NCBI GenBank assembly: GCA_944392185.1
Contig: CALXVW010000096.1
Location: forward strand, 1-44,568
From: an uncultured Alphaproteobacteria bacterium
Lineage (GTDB): Bacteria > Pseudomonadota > Alphaproteobacteria > RF32 > CAG-239
Reading direction: 5' to 3'
DNA length: 44,568 nt
Shown: positions 10,057 through 17,882 of the stretch, one piece after another
Layout: every line of letters starts with the position of its first letter
Position numbering within the stretch: position 1 is the stretch's first letter
The notes under the pieces: model-generated
Databases searched by the model: none
What the model was told of the DNA's origin: nothing
What the model saw: the letters and a program-made list of their open reading frames with translations, nothing else
Program-made: the position numbers and the translations under genes

Positions 10057-11469
10057 TTATCGACTGTTGCGACGGTTTAGGACTTCTTGGATTACCAGAC
10101 GTTCTTGTGCGTAAGTGTTGTGCATTTCTTTTTGTCCGGATTTAGAAGTTCTTCTAATGACACCATGTTCATCGTCAGGTTTTGTATGTCTGTTAAGATT
10201 CTTAATTCTTTGCTCGGGGGTTGATATATCCCTTTCTTTTCCTGATCCATGTCCAATATAAAAATCAGCGGTTTCTTCAAGAGCTTTTTTATATTCAGCT
10301 TTGCTTGTGTCGTCTTTTTTCTCTTCATGAGCTTTTCTGGCGTCGTTTAGTTGCTCCATATTGATTTTGTTAATCTCTCGGATGATTCTTTGGCAAGTTT
10401 CCAGAGCCGCCTTGAAGTCAGGACATTTTGCATATAATTTTTCTTGTGCCTCCCTATAGGCCTCTCGGTTTTCTGCAGAGGAATCAGAAATAAATTTATC
10501 TTTTGCCTCTATCCATGCTGTTAGTAAGGGTCTCCCTTCCGGCGCTAGGATAATATTGGTTCCAATTTTTTTCTCGTTTTTTAGGGCCGTTTCTAGTTCT
10601 TTTGATAATTTTTCTTTTTGAAGCTTTCTTATCTCTTTATATTCCGGATATTGTTTCAAAGCTTCTAGTTCCGGGGCGTTTTTCATCTTCATGCCAAATT
10701 TGAGGCAGGCAAGATATAAGCGGGCTTTGTATTCCGGATGTTTTTCAAATTTACCAAAGTTAACGGTCTCTTTGCCCATGTTCTGAGCGGTTTTGACTAA
10801 CTCATCAAAAGCGGCTTGCTCACCTTCAACATAGCCCTCAGATTTGCTGGCAAAAGCAATGATATTTTTATCGTTCTTTTTGTCTTTGAAGAACAGATGT
10901 TCTGGGTGTTCTTCATCTTTATATTCTTCAAATTCTTGTTTGAGGTCAGTGTTGGCTTTTTTAACCGCTTCTCTGACTTCTTTTTTCCAGCCGTCGTCTT
11001 CTTTTGCTTCGGAGATATTTTCATCAACGGTTATGACATTATCATCATCGCCTTTTTCAATGTTTTCGGCAGAGGCTTCCAGTTTTTTCTTTTCTTCTTC
11101 AGAGATTTCCTCTTTTTGAGCTTGCTCTCTTAAAATTTTAACTATTTCTTCTTTGATGTTTTCAGGGCTATGCTCTGCAAGAGCTTCAATTTTTGGTAAG
11201 ATTGTTTCAATTTCTGATCCACTATATTCATTTAGAGCTCTTTGGATAGCATATTTAACTTGGTTTATGTTAGTATTTGTGTGTAATTTAATGTTTTGTT
11301 CATCTTCGTAGGGGCAGGTGAGAAAATCTTCTTTATAATTTTTAATATCATCTTCTTTATTACTGTTCAGATTGTTATACATCCTAGCCTCTGGAGCCAT
11401 ATTGTATTGCTCAACAAAGTAGAAATCGTCATCTGTGTAATTCTTGAAGGGTGAATCATATTCTGCCAT
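10057..11469 (-). CDS. hypothetical acidic Lys/Glu-rich protein (470 aa), no signal peptide, no family recognised
   Basis: Long uninterrupted ORF with GGAGA 7 nt before the ATG, its own promoter candidate and terminator, and about 32% GC in a sampled line. Confidence 0.75.
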   Translation of the reverse strand: MAEYDSPFKNYTDDDFYFVEQYNMAPEARMYNNLNSNKEDDIKNYKEDFLTCPYEDEQNIKLHTNTNINQVKYAIQRALNEYSGSEIETILPKIEALAEHSPENIKEEIVKILREQAQKEEISEEEKKKLEASAENIEKGDDDNVITVDENISEAKEDDGWKKEVREAVKKANTDLKQEFEEYKDEEHPEHLFFKDKKNDKNIIAFASKSEGYVEGEQAAFDELVKTAQNMGKETVNFGKFEKHPEYKARLYLACLKFGMKMKNAPELEALKQYPEYKEIRKLQKEKLSKELETALKNEKKIGTNIILAPEGRPLLTAWIEAKDKFISDSSAENREAYREAQEKLYAKCPDFKAALETCQRIIREINKINMEQLNDARKAHEEKKDDTSKAEYKKALEETADFYIGHGSGKERDISTPEQRIKNLNRHTKPDDEHGVIRRTSKSGQKEMHNTYAQERLVIQEVLNRRNSR

Positions 11470-11501
11470 TTTGGTTCTCCGAAGTTCTTATTTCTAATCA
11501 T

Positions 11502-11530
11502 ATAGTAGCATATAAAAACAATTTTGTCCA
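11502..11530 (-). promoter_or_regulatory. candidate sigma70 promoter of the acidic ORFan
   Basis: On the minus strand: TGGACA (11530-11525), 17-nt spacer, TACTAT (11507-11502). Confidence 0.35.
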
Positions 11531-11550
11531 ACATTTTGTCTTAAAAATTT

Positions 11551-11595
11551 GTATAACGGCACATCTAGAGCAATTTGCAAGATCAAAAGTGTCCT
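11551..11595. repeat. direct repeat copy 1 (45 bp)
   Basis: gtataacggcacatctagagcaatttgcaagatcaaaagtgtcct. 41/45 identical to 11671-11715, offset exactly 120 bp. Confidence 0.9.
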
Positions 11596-11670
11596 CACGT
11601 ACCTCTAATGTACGCTCCGGTACTTTTGCCTTTCAAATTACTCTATCTGCACCATTCTCCAAATTTTTAT

Positions 11671-11715
11671 GTATGCCGGCGCATCCAGAGCAATTTGCAA
11701 GATCAAAAGTGTCCT
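11671..11715. repeat. direct repeat copy 2 (45 bp)
   Basis: gtatgccggcgcatccagagcaatttgcaagatcaaaagtgtcct. The last 29 nt are identical to copy 1. Confidence 0.9.
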
Positions 11716-11723
11716 GCTAAATC

Positions 11724-12476
11724 CTAAAATAATTTTTTTAACTCTTCCAAGCTATCTGCTGCCAGATAGGGGTTGCATCTCTTTTCCTCGCCAAGCGTAA
11801 AAGGGCCGGCCGGAAGCCCTTGTTTTAGTCTCATCTGGGCTTGGCTCAAATAATCCTGGATATCTTCATTGCCGCCAAAATAGCTATATGCCTCGTGGGC
11901 GCCGCCAAAAGTATATTCATGCCCGGGGTAAAATTTCACATCTTCGGGCAAGGCTCTGATTTTTGACAGTGCACTAAACATCTGCTCAATTGTTCCTTCA
12001 AACAATCCTCCGATACATAAGTTAAACAAGGTATCACCGGTGAAAACAGCCTTGTCTTTGGGAAAATAATATAAAATATGACCTTGCGTGTGGGCAGAGA
12101 CATCTATCACCTCAAAAATAAAATCAGTATCTTTTTTCTTGTCTGCCAAATCTAAGCCTGCTTTATCCAGAGCATAAGTTTGTCCGTCTTCCACTCCCAG
12201 CTCGAACCCAGGAATACGCGAAGCATCTTTTTTGTTGCCGATAACTTTGGCGCCAAACAGCTCTTTTAGTTCCAAATTGCCATCCGTGTGGTCAAAGTGG
12301 TGGTGTGTGTTTAAGATATAATCAAGCTTTAGCCCCAGTTCTTGCAGTTTTTTTATTATCGGCGCGTTTTCCGATGGGTCTATCACTGCTGTAATGCCGC
12401 TTTTTTTATCATGCAAAATGTAGCTGTAATTATCCATTTGGCCGGCGCGGCATAAAACCGTCTCAATTTCCAGCAT
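11724..12476 (-). CDS. gloB: hydroxyacylglutathione hydrolase (glyoxalase II), MBL fold
   Basis: THHHFDHTDGN metal motif, the ...PGHEYT... motif, and the C-terminal NPYL motif typical of GloB. Confidence 0.85.
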   Translation of the reverse strand: MLEIETVLCRAGQMDNYSYILHDKKSGITAVIDPSENAPIIKKLQELGLKLDYILNTHHHFDHTDGNLELKELFGAKVIGNKKDASRIPGFELGVEDGQTYALDKAGLDLADKKKDTDFIFEVIDVSAHTQGHILYYFPKDKAVFTGDTLFNLCIGGLFEGTIEQMFSALSKIRALPEDVKFYPGHEYTFGGAHEAYSYFGGNEDIQDYLSQAQMRLKQGLPAGPFTLGEEKRCNPYLAADSLEELKKLF

Positions 12477-14158
12477 TATAAATACTCCTCAGGATTAATA
12501 TCTTCTATCTGTTCTTTTTTCATGTATTGTTCGGCGTAGTCCAGATAAACCTTATGAGTAATAAATACTCTGTATAAATCAGGGTCCAAATGTCCAATGT
12601 TTTTCATCTCTTGCATAATGCGCAAAACTTCTGATAATTTCTTTGGTTCTTTGTAAGGGCGGTCTTTGGCCGTGAGGGCCTCAAAAACATCGGCAATCGC
12701 CATTATCTTGGCAGGTATGGACATTTGCTCGCCGGTTAGGTGGTTGGGGTAGCCTTTGCCATTAACCCATTCGTGGTGGCTGCCGGCATATTCTACTACA
12801 TTGGAAAGTTCTTTGGGGAAGGGAAGCGCTTTTAACATGTCAATGGTTACAACGATGTGGTCGTTTATCTTTTCTCTTTCTTCCTTATTGATGGTGCCTT
12901 GTTTTATTTTGAGATTATATAATTCACCCCGATTATAGCCATCTATTAAGTGATCAGGCCGGTCTTGCAAAAGCTGTTCTTGGCAGGGATGATTATAAAT
13001 TTCCGGCGCCGTTATGGCATTGCGCTCTGCCCAAGAAAGACCAAGCATGCGATTAAAATATCTGGTGAATGTTTTGTTGCCGATTTCATCTAAACGCTTT
13101 TGATCGGCCTTGCTTATCTCGTTATCTCCGGTATTGCACCATGCTACAAATGCAAAGTCATCCTCCAATTGCTTAACTCGTGCCACAAATTCTGCTTGTA
13201 GATTCTCTTTACTGTCAACGTCATTTAGACGTTTTTGCAGATAAGCAATATGGGCATCTCGTCTTAAAATCTCAAAACGATTCCGTATCTCATGTATCCT
13301 ATTGTTTATGGTTTCCAATTTAGTGGCTTTGTCGACAATATATTCCGGGGTGGTAACTTTGCCGCAGTCATGCAGCCAAGAAGCAATGTGCAGAGCATAC
13401 CAGTCATCATCACTCATTTCAAAATCTTTTAACGGTCCTTCAGTTTCTTCTGTTGCCGCTGTGGCCAACATTCTGGTGATAATCGGAACTTTTTGGCAAT
13501 GGCTGCCTGTATAGGGGGATTTGGCGTCAATCGCTCGGGCTAAAACCTCAATGAATGATTCCAAAAGCTGAGAATAGGCCTCTCTTAGTCCTTTGTTTTC
13601 TAAAACAACGGTCAGTAACTGACAGATGGATAATAGTATGTTGACTGTATCAGTTGTAAAATTTATTACCTTGCCATTGTTGTCCATAGCATTAATGAAT
13701 TGTGCCACGCCAATAAGATTGTCTTTGCGGTCAATTAAGGGCAACGCCAAAACAGAAACGGTGGCATAGTCGTGTTTATAGTCAAAGCCTGAAATAAAAC
13801 CGGTGTCCATATCATCATCTTTGTAAATATTGTCAGTGTTGATAATTTCTCTGTTTAGGGCACATATTTCTGCCGGACGTTTCGAGCTTTTGTTTTTTAT
13901 GTCGCCAAGGGCTACCGGCTCAAAAAAATCTAAATTATCAAAGCCAACTTGTCTTTCTCTTAAACTCTTGATATTGCTGTAGGTGAGAGACATATATTTA
14001 TCTTGCCCAATCTCAAAGAAAAAACATCCGTCTGCAGAAGCCGCTTTGGCTGCTACGCGCATGACTTTCTCTACCAGAATTCCCGTGTCTGTGTCTTTGG
14101 CTATGGCCATATTTAAAGCCAGCAAATCACTTAAGATTATATCTCTTTCGCTCGGCAA
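12476..14158 (-). CDS. GAF-domain / HD-GYP-domain protein (putative c-di-GMP phosphodiesterase)
   Basis: HDCGKV (HD) ... HHEWVNGKGYPNHL (GYP) ... ADVFEALTAKDRPYK. The N-terminal ~190 aa look GAF-like. The stop overlaps the gloB start (TAATG). Confidence 0.85.
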   Translation of the reverse strand: MPSERDIILSDLLALNMAIAKDTDTGILVEKVMRVAAKAASADGCFFFEIGQDKYMSLTYSNIKSLRERQVGFDNLDFFEPVALGDIKNKSSKRPAEICALNREIINTDNIYKDDDMDTGFISGFDYKHDYATVSVLALPLIDRKDNLIGVAQFINAMDNNGKVINFTTDTVNILLSICQLLTVVLENKGLREAYSQLLESFIEVLARAIDAKSPYTGSHCQKVPIITRMLATAATEETEGPLKDFEMSDDDWYALHIASWLHDCGKVTTPEYIVDKATKLETINNRIHEIRNRFEILRRDAHIAYLQKRLNDVDSKENLQAEFVARVKQLEDDFAFVAWCNTGDNEISKADQKRLDEIGNKTFTRYFNRMLGLSWAERNAITAPEIYNHPCQEQLLQDRPDHLIDGYNRGELYNLKIKQGTINKEEREKINDHIVVTIDMLKALPFPKELSNVVEYAGSHHEWVNGKGYPNHLTGEQMSIPAKIMAIADVFEALTAKDRPYKEPKKLSEVLRIMQEMKNIGHLDPDLYRVFITHKVYLDYAEQYMKKEQIEDINPEEYL

Positions 14159-14215
14159 AAATTTATCCTCCTTCGCCGTCTAGTTTAATTGGTATTTATT
14201 AAGAAAAATATAAGC

Positions 14216-15322
14216 CTAGCTGATTTTTGATACAAGATAACGAATATCTTCTTCGCTTAATTCATCATTGCCAGGAGTGTAAGACAGTATCCGTTCAATA
14301 ACTTTATGGGCAAATGATTGGCGATTGCTTTTTTTACAATCAAATTTTATATCTTTTATTACTTTTAATGCTGAAAATACTGCCGGAAACATTGTCTTGG
14401 GGATATAGGCTTTGCGCAAAAGATTACGAATCATAAAATCAGCTGTCGGGTTAAATAAGGTCTTCCTTACTTCTAAAATTGGCGTGTTGGATAAGTAAAC
14501 AATGGCATATTCAAAAAATTTTAAATCTCCCATGCAAATGGCTCGAACTACCAAATTGGCTGTTAGGCGATTTGATGTATATAATTGGTGAACCAACTCC
14601 TCTATCTGTTTGTCTGAGCTGTACTCTTCCGATATCTTTAAGGTCGTCTTTTCTCTCACTTCTTCAATGATGTCCGTTGCCATGTCAGTGGGTAGATTGT
14701 GAGTTAAAATCAGGTGCTTCTTTAGCTCTTCAGATAAGGAGTTGGCTATTCTCTCAATAACAGAGGTCGGAACCTCCGTTCTGTAAACTAGACGTTTCTT
14801 GATTTCTTCGCTTTCTTGATATCTTTCTAAAATCGTATCATATGTTTTTTCATGAATGTTGGCGGCCTCGTTGGAAATTAGTGCTCCAACAACTTCTTCG
14901 GGGCATTTCTCGGCAATGTATTGTGATATCTCATGTGGGAGGTTTATTCTCTCGGCAACAGCTTTTTGTTTGTTAATCCCTGAAATATTTAAAATCCTAA
15001 TTAAATCATTGTTGCTTAAACTGGAATAGTATTTTAAAAACGGAATAGCTACGCTGTCTGAATCTCTTATGACCGTATCAACTATGTCTTCCGGTAAATT
15101 GTGGCAGTTTTTTAAACTTTCTGCCAGAACTTCTCGAACTTTTATCTCAACGTCTCTGACCATAATCCGGAAAATATCTTCCGCTAGTTTTAATCCTTTG
15201 GGTGTGACTGTGGTTCCGTTGTAATAAGTGCTTACCTTTTGCGCCACAACAGTTTTGCTGCCTAATCCAGGATGAATAGACAAATTTTCTGCATCTTGTT
15301 TCGTTAATGGCGTTTTGTTCAT
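14216..15322 (-). CDS. hypothetical helical-repeat protein, possibly DUF2336 family (assignment from memory)
   Basis: 369 aa from ATG 15322 (MNKTPL...). The segment LPEDIVDTVIRDSDSVAIPFLKYYSSLSNNDLIRIL resembles the DUF2336 pattern. Confidence 0.7.
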   Translation of the reverse strand: MNKTPLTKQDAENLSIHPGLGSKTVVAQKVSTYYNGTTVTPKGLKLAEDIFRIMVRDVEIKVREVLAESLKNCHNLPEDIVDTVIRDSDSVAIPFLKYYSSLSNNDLIRILNISGINKQKAVAERINLPHEISQYIAEKCPEEVVGALISNEAANIHEKTYDTILERYQESEEIKKRLVYRTEVPTSVIERIANSLSEELKKHLILTHNLPTDMATDIIEEVREKTTLKISEEYSSDKQIEELVHQLYTSNRLTANLVVRAICMGDLKFFEYAIVYLSNTPILEVRKTLFNPTADFMIRNLLRKAYIPKTMFPAVFSALKVIKDIKFDCKKSNRQSFAHKVIERILSYTPGNDELSEEDIRYLVSKIS

Positions 15323-15397
15323 GGCTATATACCCAAAAGAGGTTGTTCTAAAGTATATAATAATACTAAATACCTCCAAAGCCTAATGACAATTTTG

Positions 15398-16321
15398 TTA
15401 CAATGCCAGATTTTTTAGCTCTTTAGGCAACGTATTCTCTATCATCTTACTATCTAGTACCGATTTGTCAATTATATTGAGCTCGTAATACGCAAGTGTA
15501 TAATCAAAAAGTCCCGCATAATTTTTTAAAGGAGAGTTCCATACCATATGCGGTGCTAACATCGTACCTAATAAAGGCGTGCGACGCTCCAAAATCTTAT
15601 TGCGAAATCCTCTTAATTCCTTAAAAGATATACTCGAATTTAATTTAAGCGCAAATTCCTGCATTGAGCTGTAAATATCCGGGTAGGTTTTTATCCGATA
15701 GCTATCATCTTCTTTCTCTCCTATCGGCTTTAATCCCTCATTGCTGTGCCAATTAAGTGCTTTGTACAGCGAATTGCCTTCTTTGGTAATTCGTGATGTT
15801 CCCCAGTTGGTCTCTAATGCCGCGGCGGTGATTAAAATTGAGGGGGGAATAACGTGAACCTTTGCTTGTAATTCATCCAAAAAATACGCATATCTTCTAT
15901 ATCCTTTAAAACGAGTAAAAATATCATATTTTGTGGCTTTGTCTTCTATAAATTTTTCTTGCTCTTTTGTTAGTTCCTGATGCTTTTGAAAATAGTTAGA
16001 AATTTCTAATATTTCTTTTCTTTCGGCCAAGATTTCATTGTTTAGCTTCATCGTCAGCGGGGCTAATATTTTGATGAACATTGCATTGCGTTTTTTTTCT
16101 TCACTAATCTTATTAAAATCTGTCGGAAAGTATTTTAAAAATATCGGCGGATAGTGATAACTTGGTATCATAAGATAATCTTTTTCTCCATGATAACCAT
16201 AGAAATCATAAATCTCTTCTAACTCAGAAACACTTATTCTTCCTAATTCTAATTTATCTGCCGCTTGGGCCGGAAGAGGTAAGGTTAACAAAAAACAGAG
16301 AACAAAAAGAAGGCTTTTCAT
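15398..16321 (-). CDS. secreted Bax-like / glucosaminidase-domain protein
   Basis: Signal peptide MKSLLFVLCFLLTLPLPAQA and an AAALETNWGTSR glucosaminidase-type motif. Confidence 0.65.
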   Translation of the reverse strand: MKSLLFVLCFLLTLPLPAQAADKLELGRISVSELEEIYDFYGYHGEKDYLMIPSYHYPPIFLKYFPTDFNKISEEKKRNAMFIKILAPLTMKLNNEILAERKEILEISNYFQKHQELTKEQEKFIEDKATKYDIFTRFKGYRRYAYFLDELQAKVHVIPPSILITAAALETNWGTSRITKEGNSLYKALNWHSNEGLKPIGEKEDDSYRIKTYPDIYSSMQEFALKLNSSISFKELRGFRNKILERRTPLLGTMLAPHMVWNSPLKNYAGLFDYTLAYYELNIIDKSVLDSKMIENTLPKELKNLAL

Positions 16322-16323
16322 TC

Positions 16324-16866
16324 TTATTCCTCTTCTTGGCTTTGGTTTCTTACTTCTCTTACCTCGGGAATATAGGTTTTTAATATCTTCTCAACACCTT
16401 CTTTCAAGGTAACAAGAGCATAAGGACAGCCTTTGCAGGAGCCTTGCATTTCCACATAAACTATTCCGTCTTTGAAATCCTTAAATACAATGTCTCCGCC
16501 GTCTTGTTTGACTGCCGGGCGGATCCTGGCGTTGAGCAGACCTTGGATCTGTTCAACAACATTGTCATCTTTTTCTGCCGCAGGTGTAAGGGTCGCTTCT
16601 CCTGTGGAAAGGTGATCCATGATTTCTGCTAAAATTTGAGGTTTCAACTCTTCCCATGAAGCTTTTTCTTCTTTAGTAACAGATATCATGTCTGATGTGA
16701 TAAAAAGGGATCTAATACCGCCTAAATCAAAAATATGCTCTGCCAAAGGGGATTTGCGCAAAGATTTGGCATCAACAAATTCGGCTTGTCCGGATTTTAA
16801 TATCGGTTGCGGCGGGAAAAAGTTCAGCACATTGTTATCCGGGGTCGGCTGAGTTTCTATAATCAT
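16324..16866 (-). CDS. NifU/Nfu-type Fe-S cluster scaffold protein (Nfu_N plus NifU C-terminal domain)
   Basis: 180 aa; ...IRPAVKQDGGDIVF...VYVEMQGSCKGCPYA... with the CxxC motif. Confidence 0.85.
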   Translation of the reverse strand: MIIETQPTPDNNVLNFFPPQPILKSGQAEFVDAKSLRKSPLAEHIFDLGGIRSLFITSDMISVTKEEKASWEELKPQILAEIMDHLSTGEATLTPAAEKDDNVVEQIQGLLNARIRPAVKQDGGDIVFKDFKDGIVYVEMQGSCKGCPYALVTLKEGVEKILKTYIPEVREVRNQSQEEE

Positions 16867-17882
16867 TTCTTTAATCCTTGAGCTTGAGGGCGGGTTAGTA
16901 TTGCCTCCATATTTTGTAATACGGCAATAGATTTATAATTGAAATATCCCAGCGTAGCCAGGTGATTGGGCGCGGTTAAACTGTCTAATTCGCCGTTACG
17001 AACAACCAGTGGTGAAAGCTTGGAGGCTTTTTCCAGCGTGTTTAGCAATGCCGTCCATGGCTGATAAATGTTGTGTTGCACAATAACATCTTTGTAGTCT
17101 ACTCCAAGCGCTTTCAAAAGCAAATAATAGGAATATAGTTTGCCTTGCTCGTAGTAAAATATATTATCTGCTTTGCCGTCATAAAAATCAGTGCTGTGTT
17201 CTCTGATTTGATTGCTTAAACGGCGAGAGCTTTGGGTTAAGTCTTTTTGTATGGCTTTTAGAAAATAGTTCAAATCCTCCGCTTTTGCTATAAACAACTC
17301 TCGTCCGTCGGCTAAATCACGATTGTAATTTTGCAGCTGTTTGCGTGCTCTTCGGTATTGGCTGTTGGATGAGGGGGCCGGAACCAGCTTGTTGTGAGGG
17401 GAAAACATCCAAATGTTGCCTGGGTATTGCAGTAATTCTGCGGCCGTTTGCAAATGTGATTCTTCTGTCGGTAAGTTATCAATTTTTTGAGCAAAGGCTT
17501 TTGATAAAGTACTGATGGAGGACATAAGTCCTAGTTGAAACGAGGGCATATTATCCAGCATATAGGCCGGAAAAATAAAAGGAAGGCTCGGTGTCCAACT
17601 TTTGTTGTAAACTTCTCTGCGAATTAGAAATGCCATCGCGTTAATGGTGACTGATTCTCTTCCTTCTTTGTGAAATTCATAGTTGGTATTCTTATCAATG
17701 TCTTCACTTACCAGAGCACCTAAAGGATAATATAAAAAGATGAATCCTATGATGAATAATAAAATTAGCTTTGGCCAGGTGTTAACCAAATTCCTCAATC
17801 GCGGCCATGGGCGCAGTAAAATTTTTAACCGCTGCGGTATTCTTAGTGCAAGTATCCGTTCTTTTATCTTGAGGTTACGCAT
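16863..17882 (-). CDS. hypothetical N-terminally membrane-anchored protein (possibly DUF2333; unverified)
   Basis: One TM helix (LILLFIIGFIFLYYPLGALV). ATGA overlap with the nfu-like gene and 8-nt overlap with the murJ stop if ATG 17882 is used (alternative start 17903). Confidence 0.65.
   Translation of the reverse strand: MRNLKIKERILALRIPQRLKILLRPWPRLRNLVNTWPKLILLFIIGFIFLYYPLGALVSEDIDKNTNYEFHKEGRESVTINAMAFLIRREVYNKSWTPSLPFIFPAYMLDNMPSFQLGLMSSISTLSKAFAQKIDNLPTEESHLQTAAELLQYPGNIWMFSPHNKLVPAPSSNSQYRRARKQLQNYNRDLADGRELFIAKAEDLNYFLKAIQKDLTQSSRRLSNQIREHSTDFYDGKADNIFYYEQGKLYSYYLLLKALGVDYKDVIVQHNIYQPWTALLNTLEKASKLSPLVVRNGELDSLTAPNHLATLGYFNYKSIAVLQNMEAILTRPQAQGLKK

Noticed and set aside
10797-11133. 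Short + and - strand ORFs (76-105 aa) nested in the acidic ORFan gene.
   Set aside because: They are low-complexity Phe/Ser/Lys-rich translations of the reverse or shifted frames of a GAA/AAA-rich gene. The 470-aa frame is the only one with SD, promoter and terminator.
11451-11720. An 89-aa + strand ORF containing a repeated peptide (AHLEQFARSKVS / AHPEQFARSKVS).
   Set aside because: The peptide repeat is just the translation of the two 45-bp DNA direct repeats. The ORF starts inside the 5' end of the opposite-strand gene, has no SD, and lies in a minus-strand intergenic region.
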